From contig JBLDXI010000004.1 of assembly GCA_047495785.1 (NCBI GenBank), positions 496,001-560,000 of the forward strand: DNA of 64,000 bases. The letters are read 5' to 3'. This document shows positions 25,252 through 37,100 of this stretch, piece after piece. Made by a program: the position numbers and the translations under genes. Below the pieces are notes generated by a model. That model saw only the letters and a list, made by a program, of their open reading frames with translations, was not told the origin of the DNA and made no database searches. Position 1 is the first letter of the stretch; each line of letters begins with the position of its first letter. The stretch is from Lepidodermella squamata. Its lineage: Eukaryota > Animalia > Gastrotricha.

Positions 25252-26230
25252 CAGACTTGGGGATTCGACTCTAAAGAATCGAGATTCTCGGTTCTGACTC
25301 CGATTCTTTAGGGAATTTTGAATCGAACATTTCGCGAATCGTTTTTTGAGAGTCGGAATCAGAATCGGCACCGTCGAGAATCGGGAAGACGCAGAGAATC
25401 GCGATTCCTAAAACCGGCATTAACGCGCGCTGCCTCCACCTTTGCCTATCAATTTGTCAACCAATAGCGTTACGTTAAACATTAGCTCACGTGATTGGCA
25501 TTAACGCGCGCTGTCTTCGCCTCCAATCAACCGCCACGTTAAACATAGCATCACGTGACTTTGCGTATTGCCGCGAGAGAAACTTTCCGCCAATAAAATT
25601 TCCGATCGCGCGCGCGTCAAGTTAGCGTAGACCAATAGCGTGCCGAGTAAAAATATAAGCGGGCAATTTGCCCAGGTTAACTTGTAAACATTTACTGACC
25701 AGCCAATAGCGTTTCAGTTATAATTATGACACGCTGTGTTTACATGATTGTCAACCAATCGCATTACAGCTCCAAGAACAGACGCGCGCGGTGTGATTGC
25801 GTATCCAATAGCGTTGCGTGTACAATTATTGGCGAGTACAGGTGATCACGTACGTCTTGTGCGAATGCGCGCGCACTAATGCCAGGCCGTTTTACTACCT
25901 ATTTTCATCGCAGGGCAAGCCCGCTAAGCTGTGCGCCGCTAAGGTGAGTACGAGAAACATGGTAGAAGTCCACTCATGTAACCCAGCAGAAAAGAGCATT
26001 GACCGAATTGTATGTAAACGCGTGTCAAAGGTGTGGTTTGGTTTTTAATTTTTAATATTCAGGCGCACGTTACGATAAAACCGAGAATTTTTTCAGAATC
26101 GGGAATCAGAATTGAATGGGTTAGAATCGGAATCTATTTTCAGACTCAGGAGTCAAGAATCTACTTTTAAAAATCGGAATCAGAATCGAAGAATTTTGAA
26201 TCGTCCTACTCAGGAGTTTTCCCAAGTCTG
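25252..26230. mobile_element. hAT-type non-autonomous element
   Basis: TIRs CAGACTTGGG/CCCAAGTCTG, 8-bp TSD GTTTAAAC, and subterminal GAATC repeats. Nested in another CAGGGTTGGG-starting element (25197). Confidence 0.85.
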
Positions 26231-26822
26231 GTTTAAACAGGTCGAACAGTGTTTATACCACGATTTAGCATAAATAGCATATCGGAGAATGAAAATATAG
26301 ATCAGGGTTCCCTAACATATGCTGTTGATGTAGCCGATAGTAGATATAAGCTATAAGCTCTCAAGAAACAATCGAAAATAGCTGAGCTAATGTCAATCAG
26401 TCAGTTGATTGATCACCAATAACCGATAATCGATAATCGATAATGGGCGTGGAATGCTATGAAGCTGATGTCACCAGCTTGTTCAGCGGCAAAAGTTACC
26501 CTAGAAAACAAAGTTTCAAGCCTCTATATATCATAATAACGAAGATATCGCGAAATCAGTTTTTGCTTCCGTACTAGTACTAGAGATACGGTTGACGAGA
26601 TGTAGCTTGGAGCAAAATACCCATTTTTACATTATCTGTATATATATATATATATATACCTGTTTAAACATGTGTTTAAACGTTTAAAAGGAAGGCAAAA
26701 TTCAAGAAAAAACGCCCACCCCCGCAGTTAGCAATTTGCTTTTACCATAAAATTCGTAATTTTCCAGTTCTGAAACCGTTGTTTGCCGTTCATCTCTATA
26801 TTTAATGCCGCTAATTCCCCTA

Positions 26823-27093
26823 TAGTGAAAATCGGTTGCACAAAACTGACGAAAAATGCAGATTGCACCAAAATGCTGCTTAATTTGGCACCTCCACTCT
26901 GAGGTATTTAGCAAAAACTTTCAAAATTCACCATTTAAAAGTTGCTCATTGCGCTTTTCTACAAAAATTTTTGCCTGAAAAATGGTGAATTTTGAAAGTT
27001 TTTGCTAAATACCTCAGAGTGGAGGTGCCAAATTAAGCAGCATTTTGGTGCAATCTGCATTTTTCGTCAGTTTTGTGCAACCGATTTTCACTA
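26823..27093. repeat. Fold-back inverted repeat, 114-bp arms with 43-nt loop
   Basis: 26823-26936 is the reverse complement of 26980-27093. Confidence 0.9.
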
Positions 27094-27645
27094 GGGTCCG
27101 TGGCGTGCCAGTCCACGTCTACTATTATTTCAATCGAGTTTGACCCATCTTTCTTGGGTCGTCCTCGAGAGCCGTCGGTTTTTTTCCTAATAGTTGTTTT
27201 TGATGTGAGGCCTACTTTAATTAGGCTTCTTTCTACGCATTTTAACCAATAAATTTGAGGTTTTCCTACTGGCCTGACCCAACCTTCTGGAGTCTGCCAT
27301 TTATATATGTCGTACACTGGGCCGGGTTCGAGAGGCTTTCCATTTATGTCTAAGTAGGTTTGCATCCTTATTATGTGGCCAAGATAATTGAGACGTTGTT
27401 TTTCTATTAATCTACTCACTTCTATCACGCCGCCGCACATTGAGAGTCTTATGTCTATATTCGGAATATAGTCCGTAACAGTTATTCCTAAGATGCATCT
27501 AAGCCACTTATATTCGAGTGTGTTAAGGTTTCTTTCATGTTCTTCGGTCAAATTCCAGGATTCGCTAGCGTACATTAGTGTCGGAATTATTACTCAACTA
27601 AGTATTTTCAGTTTAATTCCTAGAGATACATGATTTCGGTTGCAC
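27094..27645 (-). mobile_element. RTE-clade LINE 3' ORF fragment
   Basis: PTLMYASESWNLT..LRCILGIT..RLNYLGHIIRM..RPVGKPQIYW, the typical post-RT region of RTE-like elements. Confidence 0.8.
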
Positions 27646-27772
27646 ATGAACTTACTGATTGTACCAAAGCACCAAAGAGTTAGCGTCATCTACGAGAAAT
27701 CAATATTTTACTCTGTGCTTGTATCATTTCAGCCCATATTTTTGAAGTTGAATGATGCTATTATGACTGCTG

Positions 27773-27927
27773 CAGTGGTCCGAGTACGGAGGGTAAGGGG
27801 GGTAAACAAACCCCCTGGCGCTAAAAAATTCCTCAAAAAAACGTATGGGTCCCCCTATTGATTTGCAAATTTTGGGCTCAAAATGCTCGATTTATCCCCC
27901 TCAGAGCTGGACCTAGTCGAATCCCTG
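27773..27927. mobile_element. Short hAT-type MITE
   Basis: Imperfect CAG..CTG TIRs with G/C tracts and an exact 8-bp TSD GACTGCTG. Confidence 0.75.
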
Positions 27928-28146
27928 GACTGCTGCCGGGAAAATATATAAGTATCGGGATGAGTAAATAATTAAAGAATTCACTTCCTACGATCAGTTA
28001 TCAGTTATTAGATCCGCGATAAAGCTCTGATTAGTGATTAGTTGATGAAATTCATGTTCATGAGTTGATGGGCATGTCTTGAACTTCGACAAAAAAGAAA
28101 CCACAGCCTGAAAAATGACTTTCGAATTGCCAAGGGACAATCCGGG

Positions 28147-28519
28147 CAGAGACTTTGATTTGATTTAGGCCATTTTTTGATGATTTGATTTGATTTAAAT
28201 TGAGCCCACTTGATTTACTGCTGATTTCTAAAAATCAGAACTCTTGGAATTCCCCCTGTTACAAAACATGAGAACTCACATTTGCCTTGAAAACAACTAT
28301 TTTTCCAAAGCCGGAGCTATTCATCCCGTTTCATACTCATTCCTCAAAAACCTGCCCAAACCAAGCTAGAAATTTGAAAGAATTCCCAGGTACTCATGTT
28401 TCCCAATGCAACAGATTTTATTTGATTTGATTTAAGCGGGCATGATGATTTGATTTCAATGATTTACAAAGACCTGCGATTTACTGAATAAATCAAATTA
28501 AATCAAATCAAAGTCACTG
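28147..28519. mobile_element. hAT-type MITE with ATTTG/CAAAT repeats
   Basis: TIRs CAGAGACTTTGATTTGATTTA / TAAATCAAATCAAAGTCACTG; 8-bp TSD AATCCGGG/AAGCCGGG (1 mismatch). Confidence 0.75.
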
Positions 28520-29946
28520 AAGCCGGGATCTGCGATCCCCCGAATCATTTTCGGTTGCTAGAAGCTTCTAGAACAATTATTTACTGAGTCGAAGTTATCC
28601 TTCCATAATCAGGCGACTAAAGATGTGGCATTTTCACTAGCTGCTTATTTTATTATGAAAAATATCAAAATTTCGGTTTTCGTAACCGCGCGCTTTAATT
28701 TTGCCATAATATCATTCGGAAAATTACGAATTTGTCCTATTTTTCCTGCCAAAAATCGACATTGATGTTTTGGAGAAAGAAATTGTCGAAATTTTTGCCA
28801 TACATTTCACATTTCACCATACATTCGCCGTACATACTAACGCCAGCGTGGCTAACCGTGACGTGCCACGTCAAGTGCAAAATTGCCGTCAACAAGGGTT
28901 CGGACAAGCGAGGGAGACTGATAATATTTTATGTATTGCTTCAGTCGGGCAATATTGAGATGAATCCCGGTCCGACTATGATTCCAGGTCTTGTTATCGA
29001 CTGCGACCCAGGCTCTTTCACCTAAAGTTGTAGTGGGTCTTAAGGGCATCAGCGTTTTCGAAAGGAATTTCATTAAGGTGATGTGACGGTGACGAGCAGT
29101 GTAAACTGGTTCAATGCTAACATACTTCATTTAACAACCTGAACATTATTTATTTTATTTATTTTATTTGTATTTTCTCGCTTAGTAGTGGACACGTTTG
29201 TATCTCCATTCATATATTGCTTTTCAAAAATTACACTCATTTTTTTATGGAAATTTATTTATTTCATCTCTCTTATCTCGCTGATTTATGTTTGTTAAGC
29301 CTATTTAATCATATGTTTTTATCTATGTTTTTTACCATAATATGTACGAATAGCCAAAATCGCGTTCATATTTACGTATGAATAGCCTCACTCTATTTTT
29401 TATCTTTGACATTTCCAGATGGAAAGTGATATTATTTTTGTTAAAATAGCAGTGAAAAGTGAATTTCCTAGAAATATTATAACATTTATAATTTATAACA
29501 CTTTTTCTTGATATTCAACAGTAATTTTGCCCAGTTCTGGGATGGAGTCTGGTGTACGTTTATACGAACCATAATACTTTTAGCTCGATTTTCATGCCAT
29601 AGGTATATCGGGACATAAAAACTATCATTCTATAAACTAAAAATTAGGGCGGCATTCTCTTCATTCGTCGTCTTCATTAAGCCATCATTATAAAAATACT
29701 TTGTATTTTTTTTTTTGAATTGGCCCTTACTATTATGATCATCACATGATTTCGAGCATTGTAACAGGACTTGGGTTACAGAAAAACAACACGCTTGAAA
29801 AACATGTTTTCAAACACTTTTAAAAGGAGCGGAAATCAGCCAGTTGAACGCGTGGTGAAGGGCCATACAAAAAACGTAAAAAAGTTGTTATTCAATCGAA
29901 TTTTCAAAACATTTGAAAAAGGATTTAGTAATCCGTTGCTCAAAAA

Positions 29947-31937
29947 ATGATTCCTTATCACAAATCTTTACTGTTGCTGCTGATGCTGGCGTCGAGTGAC
30001 GTCGCTAGAGGCAATAAGCCGGACAACTGGGTTCGTTGCTTCTCGCAATTCAACAACCGATTCACAAGCTGCTTACTAGCTGCCAATGGCTGTGATGTAC
30101 TCACCGAATATCAGGTTCGAATATCAGGTTTAATTAATTTAATTTAATTTTCTCTGTGGATAGCTGGGTTCAATTTTCAAGAAGGACGGCGTCTGCTATA
30201 CAGGGGTGTGTTAATTTCTCTACCGAAAGTATACTTGATACCGAAGTGATTTGTCAATTTCAGAATGCCCGAATGTGCTACAAATACAAAGCTCTAACCA
30301 CGTATTGCGTACCTGATAATATCGGATGTACAAACCCGGGACTAATGAGTGTACGCTTTAATCTTTAATGTCGACTAAATATATATATTCAAATATTTTA
30401 TTACAGTTATTCCGGTTCAGCGATCAGAATGCGACGTTGAGCTTGAAATACAACCTCAACGAATGCGACAAGAATCGATCTGCTTATTTCGAAGTGAGAT
30501 ATTATATCGACTTTCGTGGTAGTTCATGCTTTGCTGTTTTCTCCGCCCTAGAAATTACAATTCAGGCGATGCCTTTCTAACAATGCCATCCAAACCTGTG
30601 TTCCAGATCCGTACACTTGCCCCGAAAATTGGGTTCGAAGTTTCGCTATTGTTCTATTTGAAAATACGTTTACACTAGGTTCTCTGGAATCATTTTATAG
30701 TAATTTTCTAAAATTCACAGATAAAATTTTAGAAAACAGAAAAACTTTTATTTAAATTAGAAAGTGATTTTTTTAATTAGCGAAAACAATGGCAATTCGG
30801 AAACTGAGGATTAAGAACTCAAATCTTTTTACCAAATAAGGTCACCGATTCGACGCTGTATTCGAATTTAACTTTGTGCATCAACGGCGCAGGTGACTCA
30901 GGGAAAGTCTGATATTTACTCGACTAACAATTCTCTGTTCGTAGTCAGTGTTCCAATCAGCGAGAAACCGCACATCCGCTGCTTCGATTCAACAACTCGC
31001 AAATTCAACGACTGCCGACCCCAAAGCCCTGGCTGCTTCGCCAACAATGAAACCCAAACATTTTCGACCCGAGTTTACATCAACAGGGACGCTTGCCTGC
31101 TTGGTGTAAGTGAAGCCATGAGTATTCGAAGCTTAATCATTCGCTGTTTCGTAATAGAATGCCGTCTCGTGCAAGGATACATCCAACCGAACGTCTTGCT
31201 ACGCAATTTGTCCTCAAGATCAAACTCAGGTGATTCACAATGTGTTACCCATTTTCGGCTTGTATCATCAGCTTCTTTGCTACGGCAGGCAAAACTATTC
31301 ACTGGCTTGCAGATCTTCAAACTGAACCACGACAAATGCATCCAGGATATATCGCCTCCCGCCGTAAGTTAACTGCTTTCGTTCTTTCCGATTTGTGAAA
31401 ATCCGCGTAAATCTACCTCAGTCCGCCTATTTCCGTTGCGTCGGCAAAAGTGACGCGGCTGTTCGATGCGTGGCTCAAACAACCGGCTGCGACGCGGCTA
31501 CTGAACTTCGCATTCCGGCTTCTATCGAATATGCTGACCAAACGAGCTGTCAGAATGCGACCAAGAGCTACTTTTTAGTAGGCATGTACGGAACGCAAAA
31601 TGTCGTCCTGTCGAAATGCGCCGAGGTCAACAATTCTGCGCCGGCTACGATAAGGTCGGACGCTGAGTTAGCTGCTGCTAGACAAGCCCTGTCGGCAGAG
31701 GCGGATATTAACGCTGCGTGGATCGGCCTCACCCGCCAGAACGGCGTGTTCAAATGGGACGACGGCTCAGATTTCACGTACGTTCAAGCTCAGTGGGCTA
31801 CGGCCAATGGCGATGGTTGTGGTTTTTTGAAAAAACGTGTTCTAACGGACATATCTCCAGATGCAAATTTCTACTACACCCTGACTACGTGTTCAAGTAC
31901 CGGAAGCATTGCTCTATGCGAGACATTTTCTTCATGA
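29947..31937 (+). CDS. Gene E: close paralog of gene D (six four-Cys modules + CTLD)
   Basis: Same exon series as D; CTLD in ORF 31395-31937. Confidence 0.9.
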
Positions 31938-32988
31938 GACTAGTCATGTAATGTAATGCTGTCTTGGAAAAAGTGGTGCGAAGTAGATGAGAAATCATTG
32001 AAGTAAAATAAAACAGCAGTAAAATAAAATCGTTATCGAACACCTCGTAGTTTGCGAGAGAGTGTCTTACGAGTTGGAGTGATTTTTTGTCGCGTTGCAT
32101 TTGAACTGTTCTTGTACCAGTATTCAATTATCTCAGGGTAAGACGGGCAGTGTGCGAAGTGGAAGTATCGAGCTTGGGATACTTTCGGGTATTTTCGGCC
32201 CCGAGTGGTTATTTTGAGTTTTTCCTGCCTCGACCTTTTCAGTCTATTCTCCAGTCAAGAAGAAGTAGACTCTGGCCAGATCTAAATCGTTGGAGTTTGA
32301 CCTTAAGTAGATTGTGAGGTAAAATTAGGTTCTACGCTTGGTTGATTCCCATAGATCCAGTCTATTAGAAATAATACTAGGTCATGAACATTTTGAATTT
32401 CGAAATCTTTGAAATCATTGGAAACCCCTCCCATCTCGACCAGACCGGACGAAAATAAATATTTAGCCCGCTGGTCTGTCAATTTGTTTCCATCATCGAC
32501 TATACAACTGATACTGGAACTATGTAACTGGAAAGAATACGTACAGGTGGTGTTCTATCATTTGATATGTTTAGGAATTACGACCGAATATATTCAAGTT
32601 GTTTATCGAAATAAACATGATCTGTGAATTTACCCACCCATACGGCCATATGGTGTTATAATCTGAAAATCTACAGGTCGCATTTTTACTGTCTCCTGGC
32701 ATGGGATCAAAGCCAGGTAATTTTTCAATTTGGCACTGCATTTATTTCGAGAAATGTTATGATAGAATCCAGCATAATTCTTGTTCAGAAATTGTGCTGA
32801 AAACTTTGAAACGTTTACTACAGCCGTGGTGAGGCACTAGTATATTTCTTTCCGCCTATTGCTAAATGGTTAAAGACGAAATGCATTATAATCAGTGTTA
32901 GTGAATTTATTATTCCAATTCCACGAACCTGTATAATTTCTACAATCGTAGCATTTTCAACAAATACGCATCACAGTTCAAACATTTA

Positions 32989-33649
32989 TCAATCCACCTC
33001 AATGATTTCCTTCAATGATGAGCTTGGCGGAACTCGACTATTCGAAGAAATATCCGAGACTAAAGAGCCCTTTAGCGAATTGTTTGCATGCGAAACTGTC
33101 GAGCTGGCTTTCATCGAAGGCCGCTTCCTGTGCTGATAGGCATGCTTGCTGAGTTGCGACACGTTGTCGAAACGCTGCGAACACGCGAAGCACGTAGCAG
33201 CGATTTTATCGAAATGGCGAGTTCGAACGTGATAGCGGAAGCCGTTGAAGGAATTATATACCTTTAGATTAGGACATTGCTCGCAGACGAATCCAATTTT
33301 TCGATGCTCTGCAGCACTGAGAAAACCAAAATTCAGATCGGAAAGTTGGAAAGTTTGAGAGTTGGAAAGGGGAGTGACCTATAGGGTAAACACAGGTCAA
33401 AAACAAGTCTGAGAAATAAAGTTTTACCAAAAGTGGAGGAGAATCAACATAGCAGGACGGTTTGAGTGGGATCTCCGCCGCTGGGTGAAAAGCTGAAAAT
33501 CTATCCGGGTTGGGTATGGCTGAGTTTTGCTTTGGTAACGGGTCAGCCCATGGAGCTATTGTGCTTATCGAAATTATTGTCGCTTTAGGCGAGGAACTGC
33601 CCTGTGGTAGCGGCTTATCCAACGGCGTCGAAACACTTTTGCTATTCAT
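32989..33649 (-). CDS. Two-finger C2H2 zinc-finger protein (2 coding exons)
   Basis: CEQCPNLKVYNSFNGFRYHVRTRH and CFACSQRFDNVSQLSKHAYQH; phase-0 intron at ~33382-33428; ends EIIEVD*. Confidence 0.8.
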
Positions 33650-35025
33650 GTTGTAACAATTTTTCTAGAAACAAGAGGCAAAAACGTAGTAGCATATCGA
33701 TAACTGTTACATTTGATGTTGCTGTTTATGGCACACGTATGGTAGATGAGGCATCAAAATAAATGTCAAGAATTTAACCAGAGAAAATTTCGAGATCATT
33801 AATCACGCATGAATATCTGGGACAACTATGAAAGTCCTCGAATAATTCCAAGAATAATTGAAATAATTTCAAGGTCTTAAATAATACACATGGCAGTGCG
33901 AAGTAAGAGGTAAGGTGATATTGCATTCCATTTTTTCAGATAGGGTGTCTATCGGAAACCTGCCTAAGAGTTTTACCAGAACTCTTTCCGATTTTTATCG
34001 TTTTCCGGTGTTGAGAAAGATTCTCGAAATTCCTAAATTCTGCTTCCAAGCTGAAAAAATATCACCAAATTGACATAATTTTTCCCTAAAATTTCTGGAA
34101 CCGGTTCACAAAATGGGTTCTCAAACGCATTTTCAGCCGGTGCCCAGAAGAATAAAGTGGGACGCAAGCGAAGCTAACGCTATTTGTGAAGATTTTTTCT
34201 AGGAATGGGATACAAAATGAACCACACATTCGTGTTTTATCATCAGGCGACCCCTTGCTGGCTCAGCGAAAAAGGTTAGAGAAGCGCCTGCATGGATTAT
34301 GACAACCAAAAAATTCTGTCAGACCTCATATTTGAGCATAAAAGCTCAAAAGGGAATCAAAAGAAAAGGAAGAAATCTGAACTTCAGCTTGATTTAAAAT
34401 CAAAATTTAAATGATGCCCCAAGATTATTGGTTTCTGCGAGCAATTATCGTGCCGCTCAATTGGCTTTTAATTCAGCGCAAGACCAGCGTAAATACGTGC
34501 TTTCCTAGTTTTTTCGACATTTTGCGTTTTACTACAAACATCACATGATTTCAAGCATTGTAACAGGACTTGCAGAAAAACAACACGCGATGTTTTCAAA
34601 CGTTTTTGAATGAGCGAAATCACCGAGTTGAACGTGTGCCGCGGAACACTAGGAAAAAAGTAAAGCTTATTAGCTGATGATAATAAACCGAAGCTGGGTA
34701 ATCAGCCATGCCTGTCTGTGAGATAAAAAGATGCTAATAAACTGACAGCTTTTTAGCTAAATACCATTAATCATCATATTTTCCAGCTATTTTTCGCGGC
34801 TGAGCGAGACCAAGTGTTCACAATTATTGTCGGTATCGGAAATTCAGCTAAAAAGCTATTCCTAAAATAATTCCAAAAGGGTGTTGCGTTGCAGTTAAGC
34901 AGTGTGTTATGTAACAATCAGCCCCACTTTCACACTGAACGATTCAAAACCCAAGAATAAGCAGATCATTCAAAGTTATCTGGCTATAACAATTTTTGCA
35001 TTTTGATATTATCGTAATTTTCATC

Positions 35026-36927
35026 ATGGATCCTGACGTCATGAGTTCTCCTTTATTGACAGAGGCTCAGAAGCAGGCACTCTGCAAGAACCTAGCTGGT
35101 AAGGTGGCATTCGAGAGGCGAGCACTTTTTGTCATTTCGATCATTTTTCAGACAACTTTTTGACCCTCCGAAATTTGGCTAATGCCGATGACGGCACATT
35201 ACTGGGCATATTCAGCAATAACCACGGGCTTGTAGTTCTGGCCAAAAATGTTCGGGCCAATCTCGGGGCTCAACAGGTATTTATTTTATTTTATTTCACA
35301 TGTCATATTTTGATTTCGAAAATTTGTACGGCCCAAATTTGATATGGGCAATAATTTCCCTCTCAACTCTCAACTGAGTTTTCGCTTTAAAATGATGTGG
35401 AACAAAAATTCACCAAATCATGTTATTCTGATTGTGTCCTACTTGAATAATGAATTCGCCTAAAATTTCCGGGTATTTCGTGAAATTAAAAGAATTCAAA
35501 TTAATTACTAAAAAATTCCGCGCCAATTTTGGTCCCAAAGTATTTCCTGATGATTTATTAAAAAATCCTATTGAAATTTTAGGTAAATAAAAACAAATAA
35601 GGCAAAAATCTGGATATAGCTGCTCTGCGAAATTAACAATTTTCAGATTTAGAAATTCGAGTCTGAAATGATGAAGATGATGAAGAGACTTGGTTTTTTT
35701 GGCAGATTGCACCTGAACCATTCTCCTTTGCGGTACCGACCACATTATTTAGCCCGTTGTTGCAGAAAGAAATGTACACGTACAAGTGTTGTCAGGCTGG
35801 TTATGATGAGTTTTGCCAACTGTGTGCGAGAAACGTTATGGTCAACAATCCTTCCTTGAAATCGCTTAGCCCAGAACATGCCGACGTGGTGTTGACGGCA
35901 GTCAAGGCGGAGTTTACTTGGCTCTTTCAGTTTTCAGACCAGGAGGTAGAGTTTTCGTGATTTTTAGGTCGATCAAAATTAGTTGACCCTCATTTTTTGG
36001 CTCGCGATTGATACTTTTTTAATCTAAATGAAACCGATTTTCTGAACACGATCAGTCATTAGGATTTTTTCCTATTCCTTTAAAAAAAATTCCGAAACGT
36101 CGCACGTCGCGCAATTTTGAGTATACAGTTGAGCGACAAAATCTGTGGGTGGGATCAAAATTATTCGAAAATTCCTCAGATTAAAATTTGGGGCCAAATA
36201 ATTGTTGAATAATTAATTGAAATAATAATTGAAAAAATTTCTTCAACAAATTCGTCGCAAAATTCTAGAACAAATTGTTTTATAAAATTCTAAAAAAATC
36301 TTCGGCAAAATTCTCTAAACAATTCTTCAAAAAAACTTGAACAAAATTGCTTAAAAAATTCGGGAAAAAAAATTCTCGAATTAATTTCTTCTTAATTTTT
36401 TAATTTCCTGAAAAATTCAGCGAGTAAAGCGTTTATTTGAAATTAATTTTGTTTATCAAATCTTTTAATAATTTAATTTATTATTTTTGCAGAAACATTT
36501 TAAAGATAGAATTCGCAGCTATTTGAAAAACCATCTAAAAATAAAAAAACCGAAGCTCGAGCCGTCCACGAGTGCCGAACCAGTGCAGCCGGCCGCTCCT
36601 GGTTTGGAAGGAGAAGAAGGAGAAAACGAGGAAGAAGGTGAGGAAGGAGAGGAAGCATTTGGCCACCCTCCGCCAGGACCTGTACCTGTACCTGTACCTG
36701 TTAGTGCCACTGTGGCGCTGGAGCCAACGACAAGTTCGAACTTAACGATTCTCGTACCAGCCGGCGATGCTACGATTAGCAGCCGAACGCGTTCGGCAAG
36801 CGGCACATCGCCATCGACATCAAGGGTTGGAACTTCGTCAGCCAAGGATCAGTCGAAAAAACGCGTACGTGGTCCGGCGAAAGCTTCCCGAATCCCCGAT
36901 GAAAGTTTTCTCATCAAGAAAAAATGA
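35026..36927 (+). CDS. CACTA accessory ORF (multi-exon; SAM-like N-terminus, helical domain, acidic/Ser-rich tail)
   Basis: Spliced reading MDPDVMSSPLLTEAQKQAL../FLTLRNLANADDGTLLGIFSNNHGLVV../..VKAEFTWLF../KHFKDRIRSYLKNH... Domain labels are by-eye resemblance only. Confidence 0.55.
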
Positions 36928-37100
36928 GTTTCACTTGAACTGATTGTTTTGTAGATAATGGAGAAAATTGATGTTAATCTAAATACCACACCTATAACAG
37001 CAATAGGAGCTATAGCTGGTTACTACAGTAGTGTAAATGCACTAAAATGAGGATTTTTGTTGCTCATAATATCATATCTTTTTTGTAGTTATTAATTAAT

